Source: Candidatus Saccharimonadia bacterium
GTDB taxonomy: Bacteria; Patescibacteriota; Saccharimonadia; Saccharimonadales; 2-12-FULL-41-12
Assembly: GCA_963717365.1 (NCBI GenBank)
Contig: OY970327.1
Coordinates: forward strand, 11,599 to 75,598
Direction of reading: 5' to 3'
DNA length: 64,000 nucleotides
A program made the position numbers and the translations under genes. Below, piece after piece: positions 53,651-60,796 of this stretch. Below the pieces are notes generated by a model. It was given only the letters and a program-made list of their open reading frames with translations. It was not told where the DNA came from and searched no databases. Positions within the stretch are counted from its first letter, which is position 1; each line of letters starts with the position of its first letter.

Positions 53651-55354
53651 CTAGTCTTTGCGCAGCGGCAATTTTACTGTAAAGATGGAACCCTTACCTA
53701 CTTTCGAGGTAACCGTAATGGTGCCAGCATGTAAGTTGATTATCTGCTGAGCCCAGTACAGGCCGAGACCAGATCCGCTAACAGCATTTGATAATGAGTT
53801 TTCGATGCGAGAAAATTTTTTAAATAATTTTGAGTAGTCTTCCGGCGCAATACCAACGCCATTATCGGCAATTTTTATTAGCAAGTTAGTTTTTGTTTCA
53901 CGAAGGTTTATTGTGATAGTAGACCCTGACGTTGAGTATTTACTGGCATTGTCGATTATATTTTCAAGTACCATGCGTAAGCGATCTTCATCGGCTTGTA
54001 TAACGGGGTGAAGCGTCTTATTTTGGATCGTGATTTTTTGACGACGACCCTTAAATGTATCGGCTTGCTCTTTTATAATATCTTTGAGCATGGCTATCAA
54101 GTCAGTAGGCCGTTTAATTAAGGTAATTTTACCTGCATCGACTTGCGCCACATTAAGTAAGTCATTAACAATATTGAGTTGTCGTTCGTTGCTTTCATGG
54201 GCAGTTGTCAGAAGTCTTTTCTGGGGGTCGGTTAATTCGCCGCAGTAGCCTTCGAGTAGCATGCCAATATATTGTTTCACCCCGGTAGCTGGAGTACGTA
54301 GCTGATGAGATGCCAAAGAAATAAATTCATCCTTTGACTGGTTAATCTCCATCAGACGGGCGCGCTGCTCAGTTAGTGTTTCGTTTAATGCTTCAGTTTC
54401 CTTGCGCTCAGAGGTTTCGTGCTGGGCACGCTGGTAGAGCCGGGCGTTTTCCAGGGCAATCGAAGCCAGCTCTGCAACATGAGTAAGCGCGGTAATTTCT
54501 TCTGCGCGAAAAAGACGCACAGGATCGGTATGGGCTAGTGCAATTACACCCGTGCATTCGCTGCTGGAAAATAAGGGAACGCCGACGACGGCGTGAAACA
54601 CAGATTGCGGGAAGACTTTACTGCGCCCAGCCCATTTATTGTAATCATCAATCGTTAATGGTTTACCCGATTTCCAAACTCTGCCGGCCATACCGTTGCC
54701 CTTATCCAATTCAAAGCCAATATGTTCTTTGAATACACCAATACCAACTCTTACCACTAACTTAGTTTTTGCTTCATTAACCAGGTATATATAACCATTG
54801 CTGGTGCCACCAATTTTAGCGGCATGTTCTAGGATTGTATTGAGAAGTGGTAACAATTCTAAGCGTTTGCCCAGGGCAATTGCGGTGTCCTGTAATGCGC
54901 GTAAGTACTCATTCTGCCGTACCATAGCTTGCTCGGCTTTTTTAGATTCGGTAATGTCACGGAAGTACCAGGCCCAGCCGTAAGTATGATCGTCTTCGCC
55001 AACTACTGGAACACCGTAGCGATCAAGCACTTGACCATCTTTAAAGTAAATTTCTTCATGGCTTACTTCTTGGGGATGAGCATACAGGTATTCTACCCGC
55101 GCAATGAATTCATTTGGATTAATTAGTCGGGTCATACCATAGCGCAGCGCGGCCGTGTCGTCCTTGCTGTGCATAATTTTTTTAGGAATTTTCCACATTT
55201 CTTCAAAGCGGTGGTTGTGATAAATCATCGCACCTTTGGTATCGACCATCAGGATGCCGTCTGGTGTGGCTTCGTTCTGAGCCTCTAACAGAGCGCTTCG
55301 ATATCTGAGTTGATCAATATTTTTATTGGAGGGCGACTGCTTTGACTGGGTCAT
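53651..55354 (-). CDS. cytoplasmic PAS-GAF sensor histidine kinase
   Basis: 567 aa with no TM. It has a PAS-like N-terminus and a GAF-like middle region. The H-box is FISLASHQLRTPATGVKQY, with HATPase boxes DNASKYS, DNGVGI and GSGLGL. Confidence 0.9.
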   Translation of the reverse strand: MTQSKQSPSNKNIDQLRYRSALLEAQNEATPDGILMVDTKGAMIYHNHRFEEMWKIPKKIMHSKDDTAALRYGMTRLINPNEFIARVEYLYAHPQEVSHEEIYFKDGQVLDRYGVPVVGEDDHTYGWAWYFRDITESKKAEQAMVRQNEYLRALQDTAIALGKRLELLPLLNTILEHAAKIGGTSNGYIYLVNEAKTKLVVRVGIGVFKEHIGFELDKGNGMAGRVWKSGKPLTIDDYNKWAGRSKVFPQSVFHAVVGVPLFSSSECTGVIALAHTDPVRLFRAEEITALTHVAELASIALENARLYQRAQHETSERKETEALNETLTEQRARLMEINQSKDEFISLASHQLRTPATGVKQYIGMLLEGYCGELTDPQKRLLTTAHESNERQLNIVNDLLNVAQVDAGKITLIKRPTDLIAMLKDIIKEQADTFKGRRQKITIQNKTLHPVIQADEDRLRMVLENIIDNASKYSTSGSTITINLRETKTNLLIKIADNGVGIAPEDYSKLFKKFSRIENSLSNAVSGSGLGLYWAQQIINLHAGTITVTSKVGKGSIFTVKLPLRKD

Positions 55355-55476
55355 ATCTACCTATTATATATCTATTACCGCAGCTCTTTATGAACAAATG
55401 AAGCTATCTAATAAACGTAAGTATCCTTACAGAGAACGCGTTTGCAGCCTGTTACAATTAAAGGTTACAAATCTAA

Positions 55477-56778
55477 GTGGAGTTACTATCTGTGTCTCAA
55501 ACAATATCTTTATTCAAGCGCCCACTGTTGATCGGACTAGGACTGGTAATGGCGGCTAGTCTGGTGCTTGCACCGCTCGCCTACGCCCAGTCATCTACCA
55601 CCAGCCAACGTGATTGCGATGACAATGCTATTTTAAAATGTGGCGCTTACTCAAGCCAAGAAGTAAACGAAAAATATACTAGTCAACCAGGTGCAAAAGC
55701 TATCTTTAGCGTATTTGGTATTAACGAGAGCCAGATTAACCAGCTCCATAGTAGCGCTGTTAGTGGTTATGTTACCAAAGGCGGCCGGGTGCTTGTAAAC
55801 GGCGAGACAGTAGCTAATGGTGCCATAACGGCTGGTCGCCAGAATATGCCGGGGAGCGAAGCAGTCAAACTTGGCAATGATACTTTTTATATGCGTCCGC
55901 CGAGTGTTTCGTTTAACCAAGATAAACTGGATGCGTATGTAATTATGAGCAGCGGCAAGTTCCAGTACGCCATTATTAAGAGTTGTGGAAATCCGGTTAA
56001 GGCTACTCCAGTTGAAAAGCCGCAGCCAGTTCAGCAACAACCTCCAGCTGTTCAGCCGACGGCTTCTTCTGGTGAGTGCCGGCTGATAAACCTTACTCTC
56101 GGACAGAATCGTCATGTAAGCATTACAGTTAATAGCGGTACCGTTAATGCCCAGGTGATTGGTTATACAATTGATTTTGGTGATAGCACAGCCGTTACGA
56201 CAGTTGGCGCAACTAACACTGCCACACCAGCTGTTACTACCAATAGCTCTAATAACGCTACTGTGCCCAGTAATACAACAAATACTCACGGCACAAGCAG
56301 CTCAACAGGCAGCGGTGCTGTTGGTAACACTCCAAATACAACTGTACCGAACGATCCAACCAACCCCAACCGTCCTCCGACATCTACTTCAAGTAATAAT
56401 ACCGCTAGTACAAACAATGCAACTAATAACTCAAGCAGTACAACGGTAGCCCAAGCTACAACGAGTACTAGTCAAGTAGCTACGCATAGCTATGCTCAAG
56501 ATGGTACTTTTACAATTACTGCTTCAGTACAGATACGCCATCCAGATGGACGGACTGAAACCAAAACCAGCGAGGCCTGCAAGATTCCTGTGGTATTTGC
56601 ACCCCCCAAACCAATAGTTCCGGCCGCTAAAACTGAAACGCCACCGCCTGCGCCACAATCACCATTGCCAGCTACCGGTACTGGCGATGTGCTTGGCGTG
56701 TCCGCGGCAGTCGGCCTGGCCAGTACATTTGGATATTTCTTTTATGGCTGGTTACGCAGCCGACTTTATTTACTGTAA
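55477..56778 (+). CDS. LPXTG-type surface protein with a long Ser/Thr/Asn-rich low-complexity region
   Basis: 433 aa. It has a signal peptide (LVLAPLAYAQS) and ends in LPATGTGD plus a hydrophobic segment plus RSRLYLL. The non-ATG start is uncertain (GTG 55477 or 55492). Confidence 0.75.
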   Translation: MELLSVSQTISLFKRPLLIGLGLVMAASLVLAPLAYAQSSTTSQRDCDDNAILKCGAYSSQEVNEKYTSQPGAKAIFSVFGINESQINQLHSSAVSGYVTKGGRVLVNGETVANGAITAGRQNMPGSEAVKLGNDTFYMRPPSVSFNQDKLDAYVIMSSGKFQYAIIKSCGNPVKATPVEKPQPVQQQPPAVQPTASSGECRLINLTLGQNRHVSITVNSGTVNAQVIGYTIDFGDSTAVTTVGATNTATPAVTTNSSNNATVPSNTTNTHGTSSSTGSGAVGNTPNTTVPNDPTNPNRPPTSTSSNNTASTNNATNNSSSTTVAQATTSTSQVATHSYAQDGTFTITASVQIRHPDGRTETKTSEACKIPVVFAPPKPIVPAAKTETPPPAPQSPLPATGTGDVLGVSAAVGLASTFGYFFYGWLRSRLYLL

Positions 56779-56795
56779 GCCCTGAAGTTCAATTA

Positions 56796-57194
56796 TTAGC
56801 TGGCTTGTTTGGCTTGAAACAACAGCTGCGTTTTAAATGGACAATTGTCAGGCATTTCCAAGCTGTTTAATAAGAGTCTACCTAGCTCCGAATCGGCTGG
56901 ACGGTAGATTCTGCGAGCCGGCCCATAGGAACCCTCTGTAACCTGTTGTGAAATAAGTGCTCCTCTTTCCTCCAGCTTGTGTAACGGAACGTATACTGGC
57001 CACGTCTTTTTTCTGTCCATGCATTCATTAATTTCATAACCGTAAGCAGCTGGCTCTTCTCCCGCACTATGGGCTGTTAAGAACTGACAACCTAAACACC
57101 CCAATACTTCGCGACGATTTTTTGAACGAATAGCGATAACCCCTGCTGCCAGTAAAGCCGCTTCAGCGGCTTCGCCAAATTTTTCGTGCGCCAT
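56796..57194 (-). CDS. hypothetical protein with a possible winged-helix (PadR-like) C-terminal half
   Basis: 132 aa. VYVPLHKLEERGALISQQVTEGSYGPARRIYR resembles the PadR wing region. The assignment is weak. Confidence 0.35.
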   Translation of the reverse strand: MAHEKFGEAAEAALLAAGVIAIRSKNRREVLGCLGCQFLTAHSAGEEPAAYGYEINECMDRKKTWPVYVPLHKLEERGALISQQVTEGSYGPARRIYRPADSELGRLLLNSLEMPDNCPFKTQLLFQAKQAS

Positions 57195-57381
57195 ATCTAA
57201 GCATTATAAGTTTAATTTGCTGTACTGCAAAATACTGATTGCAAGGAAACAGATTATTTATTATTCATGGAAAATTGCAAGCATAAGCAATAAATACGTA
57301 TAAATGTCATTGCTTATTATGCCAGTTTATTGTATTATGTTGCCAGCTTGTGATGGCATATGTCTCCAAGTGTTTTTTAAC

Positions 57382-57396
57382 AAGCAGATTGTACGA
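57382..57396. repeat. left copy of a 15-bp inverted repeat bracketing the high-GC segment
   Basis: aagcagattgtacga is the exact reverse complement of 58282-58296 (tcgtacaatctgctt). Confidence 0.85.
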
Positions 57397-57398
57397 AG

Positions 57399-57458
57399 TA
57401 CGAAGCGGACAATAAGCAGATGAGTTATTTGGTTCATCTATTTTTTGTCCGCTTCGTA
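57399..57458. repeat. 60-nt imperfect palindrome (14-bp outer stem plus 6-bp inner stem)
   Basis: tacgaagcggacaa (57399-57412) pairs with ttgtccgcttcgta (57445-57458). An inner agatga...tcatct pair is also present. It is preceded by a tandem gtacgaa-gtacgaa. Confidence 0.8.
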
Positions 57459-57509
57459 AAGGGACCCCAACACCAGTACGACCTATGGTCGTAGATTGGA
57501 GCATGCATC

Positions 57510-58151
57510 ATGTCTCAGCCCACCGAACCTGGTGCGATCATCAACGAGAAGACCGCTCTCGGAGCAGGACTGGCCGCCACGGTGGTCGCCCTCCTCCTGG
57601 TGGTCTTCGCGATCCAGCAGGTCCTCGACATCGTCGGCGAGTTCATCTTGCTCGGCATCGGCCTGTACGTCCTCGGACTGTTCGTCCAGTACTGGACGGC
57701 GCAGTCCTACAAGGACGGTCTCACGGTCAAGGAAGTGACGATGGCGGTCCTGTGGCCCCTCGACACCGTCCGGACCATCCGCGAGGGTGTTCACCGGCAG
57801 CAGGGAATCGGCGCCTTCACCGGCACAAACCTCCCGTCCAGCCAGGACACCAGCCACACGCTGATTGAGGAGAAGCCCGCGCTCTACGGAGGCATCATCG
57901 CCACCGTGTTCGTCGGATTTCCCGTCATGATCAGCGCCATCGCGTCGGTCCTCGACATCACGGGTGAACTCATCTGGCTGGCCATGGCGGTCTACCTGAT
58001 CGGGTTCGTCGTGAATTTCTGGGTGTCGATGTCCTACAAGAACGGTCTCACGGTCGGCGAGATCATCCTCAACGCCCTGTGGCCCATCGACATCATCAAG
58101 AAGATCCGCGCCGGCGTCACCCAGCCCAAGCAGCAGATGGCAACCGTCTAA
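57510..58151 (+). CDS. four-TM membrane protein built from two tandem repeats of about 82 aa each; high-GC, foreign codon usage; function unknown
   Basis: 213 aa. GGAG lies 8 nt upstream of the ATG. Third codon positions are almost all G/C. Repeat 1 is aa 13-94 and repeat 2 is aa 121-203. They share VLDIxGE, SYKxGLTVxE, LWPxD and IRxGV. Confidence 0.75.
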   Translation: MSQPTEPGAIINEKTALGAGLAATVVALLLVVFAIQQVLDIVGEFILLGIGLYVLGLFVQYWTAQSYKDGLTVKEVTMAVLWPLDTVRTIREGVHRQQGIGAFTGTNLPSSQDTSHTLIEEKPALYGGIIATVFVGFPVMISAIASVLDITGELIWLAMAVYLIGFVVNFWVSMSYKNGLTVGEIILNALWPIDIIKKIRAGVTQPKQQMATV

Positions 58152-58182
58152 CGCTCTAGGCTCGCTGGCCTGAACTGAAGAC

Positions 58183-58237
58183 GCGGTGTGCGGCTACGAT
58201 CTCCCCTACAAGGGAACAATCGTGGTCCGCACACCGC
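58183..58237 (+). terminator. GC-rich stem-loop downstream of the high-GC gene (terminator-like)
   Basis: gcggtgtgcgg (58183-58193) pairs with ccgcacaccgc (58227-58237). An inner acgat/atcgt pairing is present. There is no clear T-run. Confidence 0.45.
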
Positions 58238-58281
58238 AGCACCCGGTCAGACCGTCCCAATCCTCTAACCCCTAAACAACC

Positions 58282-58296
58282 TCGTACAATCTGCTT
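58282..58296. repeat. right copy of the 15-bp inverted repeat
   Basis: tcgtacaatctgctt is the reverse complement of 57382-57396. Confidence 0.85.
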
Positions 58297-58477
58297 TTTC
58301 ACCCCACTACGAAACTAACTAAATACCTAACGGTGTTTTTTAATGCAAACTTTATTAATATGTTTTATCACCCATTAAAACACTCTGTCATATATAAAAA
58401 AGTAGAATTACACTAGGGGAGCCGGGTATGGAGATAATAAAAACGACCTTCGTATTTTTCGAATGTCACTTTTGGTG

Positions 58478-58503
58478 GAGTTGGTAGAAAAAATCTACAC
58501 TTG
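58478..58503 (-). other. fragment resembling a tRNA/tmRNA 3' end (stem-loop, acceptor strand, ACCA)
   Basis: The minus strand reads gtaga-ttttt-tctac-caactcc-a-cca. The last 11 nt, caactccacca, match the ssrA 3' end cagctccacca at 10/11 positions. On the plus strand, cttttggtggag is shared with 59293-59304. No matching 5' acceptor strand was found. Confidence 0.4.
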
Positions 58504-58603
58504 ATTAATCATAGCCAGAGCGTTTAACAAATATAAGTTACGGCAAAGGCATATCAATTACGTTATAAACTCAACGAGTACTACAATGGGAGATTCTTAA
58601 TAA

Positions 58604-59197
58604 CTATAACTTTTCAGCGTTTTTCAGTGCTTCAAGCAAGACTTCTTGCGCACCAGCTGGCGATCGGTCTACTGGATAACCAACCCCTTTTTCATTGAAG
58701 CAAGGAGAACCACCATTGGGGTATCCAATTGATATGTAAAATGTGTCAAATTGTTTAACTAAGTTGTTGCCTAGGGTATCATCAGTTTCTTTGTATGTCC
58801 CATCTATTTTTGAAAATGCTGCGAAAGATTTTTCCGAAGGCGTACCAAGGGGAGGGTATTGCGCCCCTACATTACATTTATCAATCTCCTTTACATGTGC
58901 AGCACTTTGAACATATTTAGTCATTGATACTTGTGAATCATCAAGATATGACCAGTCTGCCATTTTAGTGGACTTCTGAATCTTAAATCCTAAGTCTTTA
59001 AATTCAATATATTCTTTTCTTTGTTCCACTGGCTTATTCTCAGATTGTACGGTACTTTGAGTAACTTTAGCATCTTCCTTTTTATCTTTATTTGCATTCA
59101 CTACATAAAATCCAACACCCACTATGAGGGTAAGGGCAATAATTGCTAATAAGCCTTCAACTATCCCAAGGCCCTTTTGATTTTCTTTTAATGACAT
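58604..59197 (-). CDS. type IV pilin-like protein (prepilin-type N-terminus), function unknown
   Basis: 197 aa. The N-terminus MSLKENQKG|LGIVEGLLAIIALTLIVGVGFYVV fits the [KR]G|xxxxE prepilin cleavage pattern (Glu at +5) followed by a hydrophobic helix. Confidence 0.5.
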   Translation of the reverse strand: MSLKENQKGLGIVEGLLAIIALTLIVGVGFYVVNANKDKKEDAKVTQSTVQSENKPVEQRKEYIEFKDLGFKIQKSTKMADWSYLDDSQVSMTKYVQSAAHVKEIDKCNVGAQYPPLGTPSEKSFAAFSKIDGTYKETDDTLGNNLVKQFDTFYISIGYPNGGSPCFNEKGVGYPVDRSPAGAQEVLLEALKNAEKL

Positions 59198-59260
59198 ACT
59201 GTTCCTTTGGTTTTACCCGATCTTTGCTAACAGTATAGAACTTATGCTTAGACAAAAACA

Positions 59261-59291
59261 ATAAAAAAGCACCAGAAATTGCTTCTGATGC
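59261..59291 (-). terminator. rho-independent terminator of ssrA
   Basis: The minus strand reads gcatcagaa-gcaat-ttctggtgc followed by ttttttatt. Confidence 0.7.
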
Positions 59292-59296
59292 CCTTT

Positions 59297-59698
59297 TGGT
59301 GGAGCTGCCGAGGCACTGCCCCCCGGGTCCATCGGCTTTAATGTGATTAGTCGTCTACGTACGTAGTTCATTTAGGGTTTCTTAACCATGCAAGCGGTAA
59401 ATAAACAAAAACTTGCAAAGCGCAGTCCTTACAGTCTTAACAATTTACAGAAGAACGGGCTGTAAATTAGGCAGTCAGAAAATATGACACGGATGATACT
59501 TTATCTGGCGTCAAGTAAGCCGTGGCTTAAATCGTAACTTAAGCTGTTACTAAAGAAAGCTGAGGAGTGAAAACACTCGCTACTGCATTTCTAAAGTTTT
59601 TAAACGCTGTTGCATTTAAAGGTTGTTTGCCTATAACGCTGACAAGCGGTACGCGTACTAATCTGTAAAGGTCCAATGTCGAGCTTAAAATCAGCCCC
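59297..59698 (-). ncRNA. ssrA: tmRNA (transfer-messenger RNA)
   Basis: The minus-strand 5' end is GGGGCTGATTTTAAGCTCGACATTGGACC and the 3' end is ...CCTCGGCAGCTCCACCA. The acceptor ggggctg/cagctcc includes the G3-U70 Ala identity pair. An internal tag frame reads GGC AAA CAA ... GTA ACA GCT TAA. Length is 402 nt. Confidence 0.92.
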
Positions 59699-59706
59699 AT
59701 ACCTAT

Positions 59707-59715
59707 ATTATACCA
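59707..59715 (-). promoter_or_regulatory. extended -10 promoter element for ssrA
   Basis: The minus strand reads TGgTATAAT and ends 8 nt before the GGGG 5' end of the tmRNA. Confidence 0.45.
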
Positions 59716-59761
59716 CGAAATGTCAATTAAATACAATATGCTTGTGGTTATTAAGCAGGGA

Positions 59762-60796
59762 CTAGTGGCCGTAAAACCCGCGACCCTCGGCGTCTGGAAC
59801 CGTAATGACTTGCACACCAGCGTCGTAGAATGGTTCAAGCGCGGTTTCATCGTGTATTGAACCGGAACTTGTGAATATACCGGCGATACCGGCGTTAGCT
59901 AACACTTGCGGACCATCAGGGAAGGGGAAGAAGCTATCGCTATAGGCAACTGCTCCCACCGTTGAGTGGCCAGACCGAGCAGCTTTTTTCAGGGCTAATT
60001 CGGCGGCAGCAACCCTGTCTTGCTGGCCGACGCCGTTTCCAATTAGCTTTCCGTTTTTGACAAGGGTGATCGTATTGCTGGTGCTGGTGGAACCAATGCC
60101 CCAGGCAAGGATCATGTCCCTCTTCATGTCCCGTCCATTGGGGTAGGTTAATGTTTCGGGTAGTTGGGGCACAAACGTGTAGTTATCCTGGACGAGGATG
60201 CCGCCGCGGACATAGCGGTAGCGTTCAGCGCTGTCGAGTGATTGAAGGCCCAAGTTGCCCAGCGCCTGGTTGGTTAGAATACGCAGTTTGCCGCCTTTGC
60301 GCTGCATTGTGTCAAGGACTGCCTCGCTGACATCGGGCGCTATGACGCCGTCCAGTAAGCGTTTTTGGCCTTCATCCATGCGGTGATACTGCAGTAAACG
60401 GGCGTATTGGCTGTCCAGCGGAAAATTAGCCATCGTAAGCCCCCCAAATATCGCCAAGAGATCGCCATCAAGCATATCGGTGGCAGCAAACCAGACGCCA
60501 TCATTAATCGCCCCGCCGCACATATTGCCGTGCTTAGCGCCAAGCGCGATATTGGCAACCGGCAAGTTATTTTTTTCAAGTCCGGCAGCGATATGAGTCA
60601 TTGTCTGAAGTAATCGGTCAAGATCTGCATAGTTGTTATAGCTGGGCGCGCTGCCACCTTGTAGCTCAAATCTTGCAATAGCCAGAGGGTCGGAATTTTC
60701 TGTATCAGCAAACAAACCGGGCGAAGCCTGATAGGGGTTCTCCCCATATTTAACCGGTGCTAGTTGTTCTACTTTAATCACTCGATATTCTGGCAT
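59762..60796 (-). CDS. purH: AICAR transformylase (PurH AICARFT domain only, no MGS/IMPCH domain)
   Basis: 344 aa. Contains KYGENPYQ, SYNNYADLD, KHGNMCGGA and the C-terminal GRGFYGH-type end. Confidence 0.85.
   Translation of the reverse strand: MPEYRVIKVEQLAPVKYGENPYQASPGLFADTENSDPLAIARFELQGGSAPSYNNYADLDRLLQTMTHIAAGLEKNNLPVANIALGAKHGNMCGGAINDGVWFAATDMLDGDLLAIFGGLTMANFPLDSQYARLLQYHRMDEGQKRLLDGVIAPDVSEAVLDTMQRKGGKLRILTNQALGNLGLQSLDSAERYRYVRGGILVQDNYTFVPQLPETLTYPNGRDMKRDMILAWGIGSTSTSNTITLVKNGKLIGNGVGQQDRVAAAELALKKAARSGHSTVGAVAYSDSFFPFPDGPQVLANAGIAGIFTSSGSIHDETALEPFYDAGVQVITVPDAEGRGFYGH

Noticed and set aside
57399-57458. Integron attC site at the edge of the high-GC cassette
   Set aside because: It is an imperfect palindrome of suitable length. 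But I see no GTTRRRY / RYYYAAC core pair, and there is no integron integrase or attI in the window.
57483-57868. Three extra long ORFs (124, 127 and 80 aa) overlapping the high-GC gene
   Set aside because: These are stop-poor frames typical of high-GC DNA. Their products are Arg/Pro/Ser-rich with no structure. The 57510 frame has an RBS, TM helices and an internal repeat.
58478-58560. Complete minus-strand tRNA ending in CCA at 58478
   Set aside because: Only a T-arm-like hairpin (with a 5-nt loop), a 3' acceptor strand and ACCA can be drawn. No complementary 5' acceptor strand (ggagttg) exists in the expected 70-90 nt. It is treated as a fragment.
59539-59850. 103-aa minus-strand ORF in the track
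   Set aside because: It runs from the purH 3' region through the ssrA promoter into the tmRNA. Its C-terminus is simply the tmRNA tag reading frame. The region is explained by ssrA.
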